Below are positions 13,779-24,881 of a stretch of 64,000 bases of DNA, piece after piece. The stretch comes from Chiloscyllium plagiosum (Eukaryota), in assembly GCF_004010195.1 (NCBI RefSeq), contig NC_057718.1, positions 31,295,622 to 31,359,621 of the forward strand, read 5' to 3'. Numbering within the stretch: the stretch's first letter is position 1; each line of letters starts with the position of its first letter. The translations under genes and the position numbers were made by a program. Under the pieces are notes generated by a model that had not been told where the DNA came from, did no database searches, and saw only the letters and a program-made list of their open reading frames with translations.

Positions 13779-16444
13779 ATTTAAAGAAACAATGACTTCT
13801 GTCAAGCTCTGACCAAATTATCATAGCCCTATCAGGTCCCTGCTCTCTGAGCCCTGTGTTGCCTTGCTTCGCATTCCCTTTTGATGCTTTGCCCTCTCAA
13901 CCGGACCTTAAAATCTCGCAATACATTTGTCTTGCCTTGCCATTTAAGGTGAACACAAAGACATACAGTTTGTCATGATTGTGAACAGTTACCAGTCAAG
14001 GGTGCTAACCATGTTGTTGGATGGCACAGTGCAATGTCAGTCCTTCACCTATATGATGTGCCAGCAGCCTGAGCAGAAAACACACTGCCTGTACTTCAAC
14101 TAAATGGCCGTTTCTCCAAGTCGAAGAAGAATAGTCCTCAGTCAGGTACGTGGATGGGGTGGGCTGCCATCCATTAGGATGTCCTGGTACAGTCAGGCAA
14201 GGGCAGCATATCCTTGCTGGTGAGGGCTTGGTTATGGTCAGTGGTCATTTGAGACATTCAGGAGCAGGGGCTCTGTCTCACTAGAGTTCAGGGAGTGGCC
14301 CATAGTCGGACTGGCAGCAAACAGATGAGTCAAAGATTGTTAGTTGAGGATATGTACAGAGTGTTTAGGACTCCAGTTAGTCAGCATTTGGGATGTACTG
14401 TCTAAATTGGACAGGGAGTGAGCCCCTTTTAGTCATGGGGGTCTGTGCAATGAATGTCATTGTTGGGGGTCTGGGGAAATATCAGAGGATGCAGTTATGC
14501 TCGGGAAGTAGGGGGAAATCAGTACTGCACATTGGAGACAGCAACCTAAAATGCTGAGGGAATAAGGATGTTGAAGGAAGGAAATTCAACATGTAAGTCA
14601 GCAGCTGGCAGTGGATGGAAGAACATGAGATGCCATGAGATGGATGGTTATAGGTGGTCAGCACTACAGTGGCCTGACCTGTGGAGAGTGTAACTTGATG
14701 GTGGGCAGGATTAACCTGTAATGATGGGGTTCAGACAGTAAAGATGAGAGTTTCAATTGTAGCTCCAGATGTTGGGTGGGGACATGTGGGGAATTAGCAG
14801 TGAGGGGCTATTGAAGGAGTGCTAGGTTGCAAAGGGACAAGGAAGTTCACAGAGGATGTGAGGGGAAACTGATGACATGGATGATCCTCACTGGGAGTCA
14901 GTTTTTTTTTCCCCAGGCCAAAATGGTGGCTGTACTTGTGAATGACAAGAAGTACTTCAAGAGGCATAAATCCTGCATTTGCAGAGTTTGAGTTGAGATC
15001 ATTTGGAATAATTTCATCATGCATGTGGGAAGAAATCCTCCATGAAACTTGACAAAACTGACACAGGTGAGATTCATCCCACTATCTTCTCCTTCTAAAC
15101 TTTCCAAATTATGCATAATTTTGAAATCCTCATAATTCCATTTAGGATAATTCATTGCATAATGGTATTATGAATTGCAACTAAAATACTTGTTGACCAA
15201 ATCCTGCATGTTCTTCTGTTATAGCTCCCAAATTTCAATCATCTGTTTTAATTGCCAGAGGTATCTCACTCATTTTAGTTATGATTCTCCTTTAATTTTG
15301 ATGCTTTTGCCCTATATCTATGTTGTCTTGCATTGCTGCTACAATTAAATCCCCTATTCTTTGTGTTACAACACAATGTCCCATTGGAGCCATGGAGATC
15401 ACTGGGAATTAATGTTTTTGCAGGAATTTCTTTAAAGCTTCTGACATCTGTTCCAAGAGCATATTTCTTTCTTAAAATCTAATTCTGGTTAATACTAACA
15501 GTCTATGCTTGTTTGATATATTTGATAAGGTGAACAATTTAAAGCCAAGCGCTAGATTAGGATTCTCCTAATCCTAATTAGGATTAATTTTTGCAATCTT
15601 GCATTTAATCTTTCATATTAAATTATATAGTCTTTCACAGAATCGCCACATCCCTTTCTAAATTTGTCAGCCTAACAATGCCTCATCTTTCTTATTATTT
15701 TTCCCATAAATTTTAATTGAACTCTAACCTTTCCCCAATATCCAATTGTTACCAGTTCTCCTGCCTTCCATGAGAAATTAGATGGTGAAAATTCTCAGCA
15801 TCAAAGTCATTGTAAGCAACTGGCAGCTGCAGCTTCACTATCTGCATCTCCAAGCCATCAGCCAAGTCTGTCTTCACCACAACATCTCTGCATGCTTCAC
15901 CCCATCCTCCTTCACCATTTTTCCATTCAAGTTGATAAGGCTAAACCACTGGCCTCACCATATTATTATGTTTGCTTTCACTCCAGCCCTTCAGGACTTC
16001 ACTTTGGAGCTCAGGGATACCTGCACCATGCCTGTTTCTGCCAGATCACTTTGCGTGCATGAATATACATACATTTCATGCATCTAAACAGGTTATAAAT
16101 TATGGTTCCTGGTACATTTCTTAGCGCTCAAGTGACCAGTACAACAACCGCCATTTTCAAACTTGAGTTGCTAATTTTCTCACAGGACTCCATGGCCTTT
16201 CCCCTGATAAGTCCCTGGCCATTTTGTTTTCTGCTTGCTTGGAAGCTTCCAATGTCTATGGCTTGTCTTTCTTTTTTTAGTGTAGGGTGAGAGGCAGGCA
16301 GCTTGTCATTGTTGGCAGCCTTGAACATTCAAGGGCTATGGAATAACTCCACAGAGGTTGGTATCCCATCACCAAGTCATCCTTTATTTACACATGGAGA
16401 GTCAGAGTGAACAGACCATCTGACACTCCTGTTTTTTTTTAAAT

Positions 16445-16649
16445 CACTATGAGCAATTTAGCATGGCCAGTTCATCTGACCTGCACATCTTTGGACTGTG
16501 GGAGGAAACTGGAGCACCTGGAGGAAACCCACGCAGATACGGGGAGAATGTGCAAACTTCACAGAGTCAGTCGCCTGAGGCGGGAATTGAACCCGGGGCT
16601 CTGGCGCTGTGAGGCAGCAGTGCTAACCGCTGTGCCACCATGCCGTCCA
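16445..16649 (-). mobile_element. HE1-type V-SINE lacking its normal 3' tail, with a short poly(A)
   Basis: Head and V-domain are intact. It stops at ...catagtg, followed by attt and A9, and is flanked by acactcctgttt duplicates (16423-16434, 16651-16662). Confidence 0.9.
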
Positions 16650-17663
16650 CACACTCCTGTTTATTTTATTTTTTCTTTTTTCTTTTTTTTTCTTTTTCTT
16701 TTTTTTCTTTTTTAATTTAACCCCCACACTACCACCTAAGTGCGGTAGTGCTTATTTTTTTCCCCCAGCACCCATGGTGTGTGTGTGCAGGTGTGACACT
16801 CCTGTTTATTTTTTCTTTTTTTACGTGTGAGACACAGTGAAAGACACAAAGTGCACGAATCTTTATTCAAGTCCACCACCAGGAAGATAGGAAAACACCC
16901 GGGTGGCCAGTGACAAACACTGCCCTTCACATCAAAGGGCAGTGCTGTGTGATCAAAACAGTGAGGGGGAGGGTCAGGCACTTCTGTTTATTTTTCTTTT
17001 ATTTCTTCCTTTTTTTTCCCTTAAATCCCCACACTACTGCCTAACTACGGTAGTGCTTATTTTTCCCCAGCAGATCTCTTGTTTATTTTTAACCCGGGCT
17101 CTACCTCTTGTTTATTTATTTATTTATTTTTCTTTTTTTTCTAACCCCCACACTACCACCTAAGTGCGGTAGTGCTTATTTTTTCCCCAGCACCCATGGT
17201 GTGTGTGTGCAGGTGTGAGACACAGTGAAAGACACAAAGTGCACAAATCGTTATTCAAATTCCACCACCAGGAAGATAGGAAAACACCTGAGTGGCCAGT
17301 GACAAACACTGCCCTTCACATCAAAGTGCAGTGTTGTGTGATCAAAACAGTGAAGGGGAGAAATTTCCTGTTTAGTTTTTTTTTCTTTTTTTTCTTTTCT
17401 TTTTTTTTGTGAGACACAGTGAAAGACACAAAGTGCACGAATCTTTATTCAAATTCCACCACCAGGAAGATAGGAAAACACCCGGGTGGCCAGTGACAAA
17501 CACTGCCCTTCACATCAAAGGGCAGTGCTGTGTGATCAAAACAGTGAAGGGGAGGGTCAGACACTCCTGTTTATTTTTTTTTCTCTCATTAACCCCCACT
17601 CTACCGCCTAACTGCGGTAGTGCTTATTTGACACTCCTGTTTTTTTTTCTTCTCTTTTGTATT

Positions 17664-17888
17664 AACCCCCACACTACCACCTAAGTGCGGTAGTGCTTAT
17701 TTTTTCCCCAACACCCATGGTGTGTGTGTGCAGGTGTGAGACACAGTGAAAGACACAAAGTGCACCAATCTTTATTCAAATTCCACCACCAGGAAGATAG
17801 GCAAACACCCGGGTGGCCAGTGACAAACACTGCCCTTCACATCAAAGGGCAGTGTTGTGTGATCAAAACAGTGAAGGGGAGGGTCAGG
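17664..17888 (-). mobile_element. Longest type of array unit (about 225 nt): probable 3' UTR of a Tx1/L1-clade non-LTR retrotransposon
   Basis: On the minus strand it has AATAAA, hairpins, a poly(A) tail and an 11-12 bp TSD. There are 12 related units between 16719 and 19023. The clade assignment is inference. Confidence 0.65.
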
Positions 17889-20714
17889 CACTCCTGTTTA
17901 TCTTTTTCTTCTTTTTACCACCTAAGTGCGGGAGTGCTTATTTTATCCCCAGCACCCATGGTGTGTGTGTGCAGGTGTGAGACACAGTGAAAGACACAAA
18001 GTGCACGAATCTTATCTCTTGTTTATTTTTTTTAAATTTTTTTTATTTTTAAATTTAACCCCCACGTTACCACCGAACTGCTGTAGTGCTTATTTTTCCC
18101 CAGCACCCATGGTGTGTGTGTGTAGGTGTGAGACACAAGGTGCACAAATGTTTATTCAATTTCCACCACCAGGAAGATAGGAAAACACCCGGATGGCCAG
18201 TGACAAACACTGCCCTTCACATCAAAGTGCAGTGCTGTGTGATCAAAACAGTGAAGGGGAGGGTCAGGCACTCCTGTTTATTTTTTTTTTCCGGGCTCTA
18301 ACGTACCTCTTTATTCTTTTTTTTTGGACTAAATCAAAATAGAGTTGGACACTCCCCTTTTTCCACTTTTTTTTCTCTTTTTTTTCTTTTTTCTCTTTTT
18401 TTTTTTATTAGCACCCATGGTGTGTGTGTGCAGGTGTGAGACACAGTGAAAGACACAAAGTGCACCAATCTTTATTCAAACTCCACCACCAGGAAGATAG
18501 GAAAACACCCGGGTGGCCAGTGACAAACACTGCCCTCCACATCAAAGGGCAGTGCTGTGTGATCAAAACAGTGAAGGGGAGGGTCAGGCACTCCTGTTTA
18601 TTTATTTATTTTTTTTATTTTTTTTTCCTTTTTCTTCTTTTTTTTCTTCCCTTTAACCCCCACACTACCACCTAGGTGCGGTAGTGCTTATTTTATCCCC
18701 AGCACCCGTGGTGTGTGTGTGCAGGTGTGAGACACAGTGAAAGACACAAAGTGCACCAATCTTTATTCAATTTCCACCACCAGGAAGATAGGAAAACACC
18801 CGGGTGGCCAGTGACAAACACTGCCCTTCACATCAAAGGGCAGTGCTGTGTGATCAAAACAGTGAAGGGGAGGGTCAGGCACTCCTGTTTTTTTTTTCAC
18901 AGTGGAAGACACAAAGTGCACCAATCTTTATTCAATTTCCACCACCAGGAAGATAGGAAAACACCCGGGTGGCCAGTGACAAACACTGCCCTTCACATCA
19001 AAACAGTGAAGGGGAGGGTCAGGTACTCCTGTTTATTTCTTTTTTTTTACAAAACAGTTTACAAAAAACATTGACAGCTGTACACAAAAGACAGCAATTT
19101 TACAAGGGAGAGGAGCAGCAAAGCTAGGCCCCGAACCCTACCGTTCAACCATTTTACAGGGAGAGGAGGACAAACCTCAAATCCCAGTTCCACATATGAC
19201 AAGACAGTGACAATGACATTTGTACATTAGACAATACCGTTACATACAAAAGTGCAGACAATACAGACCCAGCAAGCCCCCGCCCCTCCCACCTTCCGCA
19301 CTCCTGTTTATATCTGTGAGCCAGGGCTTCCTGATTGGACCAGATTAACAGCCCCAATTATTGAACTCATGTTCTTTAATGGTATATAAAGAGGTTGAGT
19401 AGAAATTGAGGGGGAGGATGAAAGATCATCAGGGACACAGCGACAGTAACACAAAAGGGAGCATGAAGAATAGATGGTGATAGTGTGTCTCAGGCAGAGC
19501 CTAAGTCACTCACAAGAATGCAAATTTGAAACCTTAGCATCTTCACTCCAAAGTGAACTCTGTAATAATGAAATGCAATGGCTGACAGCACATGCAGAGT
19601 GGGCAGAGTAAACTACTGTTTCTTGGGGAAGGGGCACATAGGAAAGTTGTTTGAATGTGAGGCCCTGCTAGAGGAATTGCAGTAACCATGCATATTCTGA
19701 TTCTGTAATGCCACTGATCTGGTATCAAATCTGACTTCATCAGCAGGCATTCATTATCTAAGAATGCAGATTAAAAATTATGGCCTGAACAATTATAAGC
19801 ATGACATTGCTTGTGCGGATTGCCTCTCTGTCATGCCAGCTTAGCAAATGACATCAAACATCTTTGGATGTAAAAGCCATCTCAGCGGCATCCTGCCAAA
19901 ATACCCCTTCTCCAATGTCGCATGAACACTTTGGTTGTGCAAATTACCCTTAGATAATTTGACATAGCTCACACATTCTTGGAGACATGAGATTGATCTC
20001 CTTGTGAAATTACCATGACACACTATGTGAGGGCATAACTTGAGGTATTATTATGATTAACATGAAGGCACTGTTTGCTTTCTGAAATTCCCCACCCCAA
20101 TTATCTACTCACACATTTGACATGGACATCATCCTGGCTGGGCTCCTTGTGCAATTGCTTCAAATGCAAAGATAATCGGGAAGAAGAGAACAATTACAAT
20201 CTCATTAGCAACCTGAGCAAGAATAGTAACCTCCAGTGGTTGCTGCACAGACTCGAAAGGAAAAGCAGCAAGTCAAGATCTGCCCTTGCCTACCCCCTGC
20301 CGACTCCAATACACATATTCTGACCACCACCCTCTGATTTTCCCTGTCCACACCACAAGCAGGCCGATTTAACTCTCCCTGCCCCAACCAATATCCTGGA
20401 TTCCTGCCTATCACAAGCCCTTCAATTTTCTCCTCCCTTTGGCCCTAAACTTTCAACTCTGAGATTGGAAAATCATATTATTGCCACCCCACTACTCCCT
20501 ACAATAGTCACTGAAAATCCAATCAATATTCCCAATTGCCCTTCCCTCCAGTTCAAAGTCCCCCCCCCCCTCGCGCCCACCAGTCATTCCATTTTTATTT
20601 CTGATTCCATTTTCTGGTTGTTCCATCAGTTATACACCCAACTTCTACACTTTTCACACTATTCAAGTTTCCCCCTTCCTGGTGACCAAATCCTCATCCC
20701 ATTCTAACTTGTTA

Positions 20715-21332
20715 AAGAGGATATTGAAAGGAACTATATATAGAGAGATAAGTGAACCAAGTGGGCACGTATCTGGCAAGTGGAAAAATGTGAAATTGTC
20801 CATTTTGGATTAAAAAATAAGCATAATATCTAAATGGTGTGAAGTTGCAGAGGTCTGACATAAAGAGAGATCAGGGTGTCTTTGTGTATGAACCACAAAA
20901 GGTTAGTATACAGCAAAGTAATTTGGAGACTTAATAAGCTGTTATAGTTTATTTTGAGAGGAATTGAATGCAAAAGTAGAGAAGTCATGCTTTAATTATA
21001 CATGGCATTGGAGAGACCACACCTGGAGTGCTGTGTATAGCATTGGCCTCCTTATTTAAGGGAGAATGTAAATTTGTTGAAATCAGTTCAGAAAAGGTTT
21101 AATAGACTAATAACTAAAATGGACAGGTTGTCTTATGAAGGTTGAACAGGCAAGCCTCGTATCCACTGGAGTTTAGGAGATTAAGAGGTGACTTAATTGA
21201 AACACACAAAATCCTGAGAGGCCTTGACAGAGTACATGTTGAAGGTATATTACATCTTGCTGGAGGATCTAGAACTACCAATCAATGTTTAAAAGTAAAG
21301 GGTCACCCATTTATGATAGAGACAAGGAGATC
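20715..21332 (+). mobile_element. CR1-type LINE ORF2 3' fragment
   Basis: Decayed RPHLE.CV..WPP motif and LEFRRLRGDLIETHKILRGLDRV. Confidence 0.85.
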
Positions 21333-21489
21333 GTGACTCATCTGATTACCCCATTTTCCTGCCTACCCCAGTGAACTTTCATCTCCTTTGCTCTGAACCT
21401 TTGTTTTAGAAAGATTCAAAGACCACCATTGACACTTGCACTGTCCCAGAGGAAGACAGTTCCTGACTCACAACTCTTTGGAGAAGAAG

Positions 21490-21820
21490 AGGTAGAAGGT
21501 ATTCAAGATCATGAGGTCTGTACTGAGTAGATGAGGAGAAACTGGTATGAAACATTTTGGTTGGAAGATCAAGAACCTGAAGTCACCAATTGAAGGTAAT
21601 TGCCAAAAGAAACATTAGTAACATGAGGAAAGACTTGTCCACGCTGAGTGGCTAGGATCTGGAATGCACTGCTTGAGGCATGCAAGAGGAAGTTGGATCA
21701 TTATCTGTAAAGGCAGAATGTAAAAGGTTGAAGGGAGGAGAAATGGGTATTGCTTGAAGTGAAATGCTCCATCAGATGAGTCAGGCTGAATGGCCTTTTT
21801 CTGGGCTGTAATCATTCTGT
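21490..21820 (+). mobile_element. Old CR1-type LINE 3' end
   Basis: gtattcaagatcatgagg...atctggaatgcactgc...ggctgaatggcctttttctg tail motifs. Confidence 0.6.
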
Positions 21821-22120
21821 TTATTTGATAAGGCTTTCTGCTATTTAAAGATTATTATTCTTGCATTCATATCCTCTGGGTCTTCAAATGTAATTTAAAT
21901 TTGTCCATGTGCAGTTGATGATGTGTGAGATGTGATAACTAATAGAAAGATAGATCAATTAAAATAAATCAAAGATTGGCCTACGGTGTAAACATATTAA
22001 AACATAAATGTTGCATGTGGTTGGTTGAATAGGTAGCCATAAGAACTGCTTGTTAATCTATCAAGTGGGGGATTTTCCAAAATTGCTTGCTCTTTCAAAA
22101 TGAATAGTGAGACCTGCAAA

Positions 22121-22433
22121 GTGGGTGGCACAGTGGCACAGTGGTTAGCACTGTTGCCTCACAGCGCCTGAGACCCGGGTTCAATTCCTGCCTCAGGCGA
22201 CTGACTGTGTGGAGTTTGCACCCGGGTCTGCGTGGGTTTCCTCCGGGTGCTCCTGTTTCCTGCCACAGTCCAAAAATGTGCAGGTCAGGTGAATTGGCCA
22301 CGCTAAATTGCCCGTAGTGTTAGGTAAGGGGTAAATGTAGGGGAAGGGGTCTGGGTGGTTTGCGCTTCACCAGGTTGGTGTGGACTTGTTGGGCCGAAGG
22401 GCCTGTTTCCACACTGTAAGTAATCTAATCTAA
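22121..22433 (+). mobile_element. HE1-type V-SINE, full length
   Basis: A-box tggcacagtgg, B-box ggttcaattcc, V-domain and (taatc)n tail. Confidence 0.92.
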
Positions 22434-23676
22434 CCTATAGAGAATAAGGTGAACAAAGTTTTATGAAATTATCATTTTAAAGAAATAGATTGGTAAAAAT
22501 ATGATATCAATCTTTAAAAAATAAAAACAAGAATGGTCCAAAGATAAGAGAAATAATAAGGTTGAGAGAGTTGAGAAAAAAATTTAGTCAGAACGTGTTT
22601 TACAATTTTATCTAAAAATAAGTTTTGATTCAGCATAATTTCACTATAACACAATGTTGATTGTATTGGCAACAGCCTCATTAATTGAACATTACTGAGT
22701 GACAATTTGATGAAATGGTAAACAAGTACTTACAGCCTAAAACTTAAGTTACTTAAAAGCCAACTCAACTGAAACATCTGCATTCCCAGCGTGATTCAAA
22801 TTGAGTTTTATCCAAAAGAATTGTGATGTGTTCTCTGCGTCATAAGGCATTATTTCAAATTGACTGAAAACCTTACAAAATGATGGCAATTCGAGACATA
22901 ACTTTTTTTATTCACTCATGGGATATAAGCATCACTGGCTGGGATGGCATTTATTGGCTGGCCCTAATTGTCCTCGAGGAGTTGGTGGTGAGCTGCCTTC
23001 TTGAACCTCTGCAGTCCATGTGCTGTAGGTTGGCCCACAATGCCCTTAGGGAGGGAATTCCAAGATTTTGACCCAGCAACAGTGAAGGAACTGCAGTATA
23101 TTTCCAAGTCAGGATGATGAGTGGCTTGGAGGGCAACTTGCAGGTGGTCATGTTCCCAGGTGTCTGCTGTCCTTGTTCCTTCTCGGTGGAAGTGGTCATG
23201 AGTTTGGAAAGTCGCTAGCTAAAGATCTTTGGTGAATTTCTGCGGTGCATCTTGTAGATAGTACACACTGGTGCTATTGAGTATCAGTGGTGAAGGGAGT
23301 GGATGCTTGTGGATGTGGTACCAATCAAGTGGGTTGCTTTGTCTTGAGTCATATCAAGCTTCTTGAGTATTGTTGGAGTTGTACCTATACAGGCAAGTGA
23401 GTATTCCATTACTGTCCTGATTTTTGTCCTGTAGCTGGTGGACAGGCTTTGGGGAGTCGGAGGTGAGTTACTTTCGACAGTATTCCTAGCCTGTGACCTG
23501 GTCTTGTAACCATTGTGTTTATGTGGCGACACCAGTTGCGTTTCTGGACAATGCTAACCCTCAGGATGTTGATAGTAGAGGATTCAGTGATGGTAACATT
23601 GTTGAATGTCAGTGGGCAGTGGGTAGATTGTCTCTTATTGGAGATGGTCATTACCTGGCATTTGTGTGGTGCAGTT

Positions 23677-24034
23677 GTGGGTGGCATGATGGCTCAATGG
23701 TTAGTACTATTGCCTCAAAATGCCAGAGTCTCGGGTTTGATTCCAGGCTCAGACGACTGTCTGTGTGGAGTTTGCACATTCTCCCCATGTCCGCGTGGGT
23801 TTCCTCCAGGTGTTCTGGTTTCCTCCCACAGACCAAAGACATACAGCTTACGTGGAGTGGCCATGCTACATTGCTTTTTAGTGTCAAGGGAGGTGCAGGT
23901 TCAATGGATTAGTCATGGTAAATGCAGGGCTAAGGGGATAATGGGTCTGGATAGGATGATTTTCAGAGGATTGGTATGGACCTGATGGTCCAAATGGCCT
24001 GTTTCTACACTGTAGGATTTCTATGATTCTATGA
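23677..24034 (+). mobile_element. HE1-type V-SINE nested in LINE
   Basis: A/B boxes, V-domain and (ctatgatt)n tail. Confidence 0.88.
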
Positions 24035-24881
24035 GTATTGTTGCCTGCCACTTGTCAGTCCAGGTCTGGATATCCTCCAGATCTTGTTGTATTTGAACAT
24101 GGGCGGCTTCAGTATCCGTAGCGTTGTGAATGGTGCTGAACATTGTGTAATCATCAGCGAGCATCAGCATTTCTGATCTTATGATGGAGGGAAGGTCATT
24201 GATGAAGCAGCAGGAGGTGATTGGGCCTCAAGCATTACCCTGAGGAACCCCTGTAAAGATATCCTGAAGCTGAGATGATTGATTTCCAATAACCACAAGC
24301 ATCTTCCCAACTGCCAGGTATAAATCAGGGGAGAGTTTGCTCCATGATAGTCATTGATTCCAGTTATGCTAGGGGGCTTCGGTGCCACTTTTGGTCGAAT
24401 GCAGCTTTGATGTCAAAGGCTGTCACCTTCACCTCACCTCTGGAATTCAGCTCTTAAGTCCATGTTTGAACCAGGGCTGTAATGAGATCAAAAACTGAGT
24501 TGTCCTGCCAGAGTCCAAACTGGACATCACTGAGCAGTTTATTCTGAGTAGATGCTACTTGATAGCACTGTTGATGACACCTTCCATCAGTTTACTGATG
24601 ATTGAGTGTAGACTAATGTGGCAGTAATTGGCTAGGTTGGATTTCTCCTGCTTTTTGTGTACAGAACATACGTGGGCAATTTTGCACATTGCTGGATAGA
24701 GGCCAGTGATGTAACTACTGGAAGAGCTTGGCTAGGAAAATGACAAGTTCTGGAGCACGTCTTCAGTACTTTTGCCAAAATGTTATCCATAGTTTTTGCA
24801 TTATCCAGTGTCTCCAACCCTTTCTTGATATCACATGGAGTGAATTGAAGTGGCTGAAAACTGGAATCTGTAATTTTGTGA

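Larger units (their letters stand above)
9250..15552 (-). mobile_element. Ty1/Copia LTR retrotransposon internal region, decayed and interrupted
   Basis: Minus-strand remnants in Copia order: gag (LLEQMSEALKKF and a degenerate Zn knuckle, 15.1-15.55 kb), protease region (VVIPFKL...STDVVKCEKPLLLS, 13.3-13.8 kb), integrase (TAAES...NGLCERNH, 11252-11440), RT (LKPPKEA...LWKLNNCVYGLNDAAKVWY, 9930-10175) and RNase H (WEATKMKRVIKSTLATET, about 9.35-9.4 kb). Confidence 0.85.
16424..19310 (-). repeat. Array of about 17 poly(A)-tailed retroposed inserts separated by target-site duplicates
   Basis: cactcctgttt(a) or close variants at 16424, 16652, 16797, 16979, 17076, 17105, 17366, 17562, 17632, 17889, 18016, 18269, 18350, 18589, 18880, 19024 and 19299. 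Each except the last is followed by a T-rich tract and then an insert of variable length. Confidence 0.9.
16339..19375 (-). mobile_element. Gypsy LTR remnant split by an insertion array
   Basis: 16339-16434 and 19299-19375 are reverse-complement matches to the 3' and 5' parts of the LTR at 38875-39315. The two parts join at the duplicated cactcctgttt. Confidence 0.85.

Noticed and set aside
17203..19074. Repeated ORFs MCAGVRHSERHKVH...HHQEDRKTPGWP
   Set aside because: These are antisense translations of the non-coding repeat unit that run into poly-T (poly-Phe) tracts.
16424..19310. CRISPR-like or simple satellite interpretation of the array
   Set aside because: The constant motif is only 10-12 bp, the intervening units are mostly homologous and poly(A)-tailed, lengths are irregular, and the context is eukaryotic with no cas genes.
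22121..22195. tRNA gene-like A and B boxes (also at 23.7, 34.6 and 35.4 kb)
   Set aside because: These are SINE heads that continue into the V-domain and tail, not standalone tRNAs.
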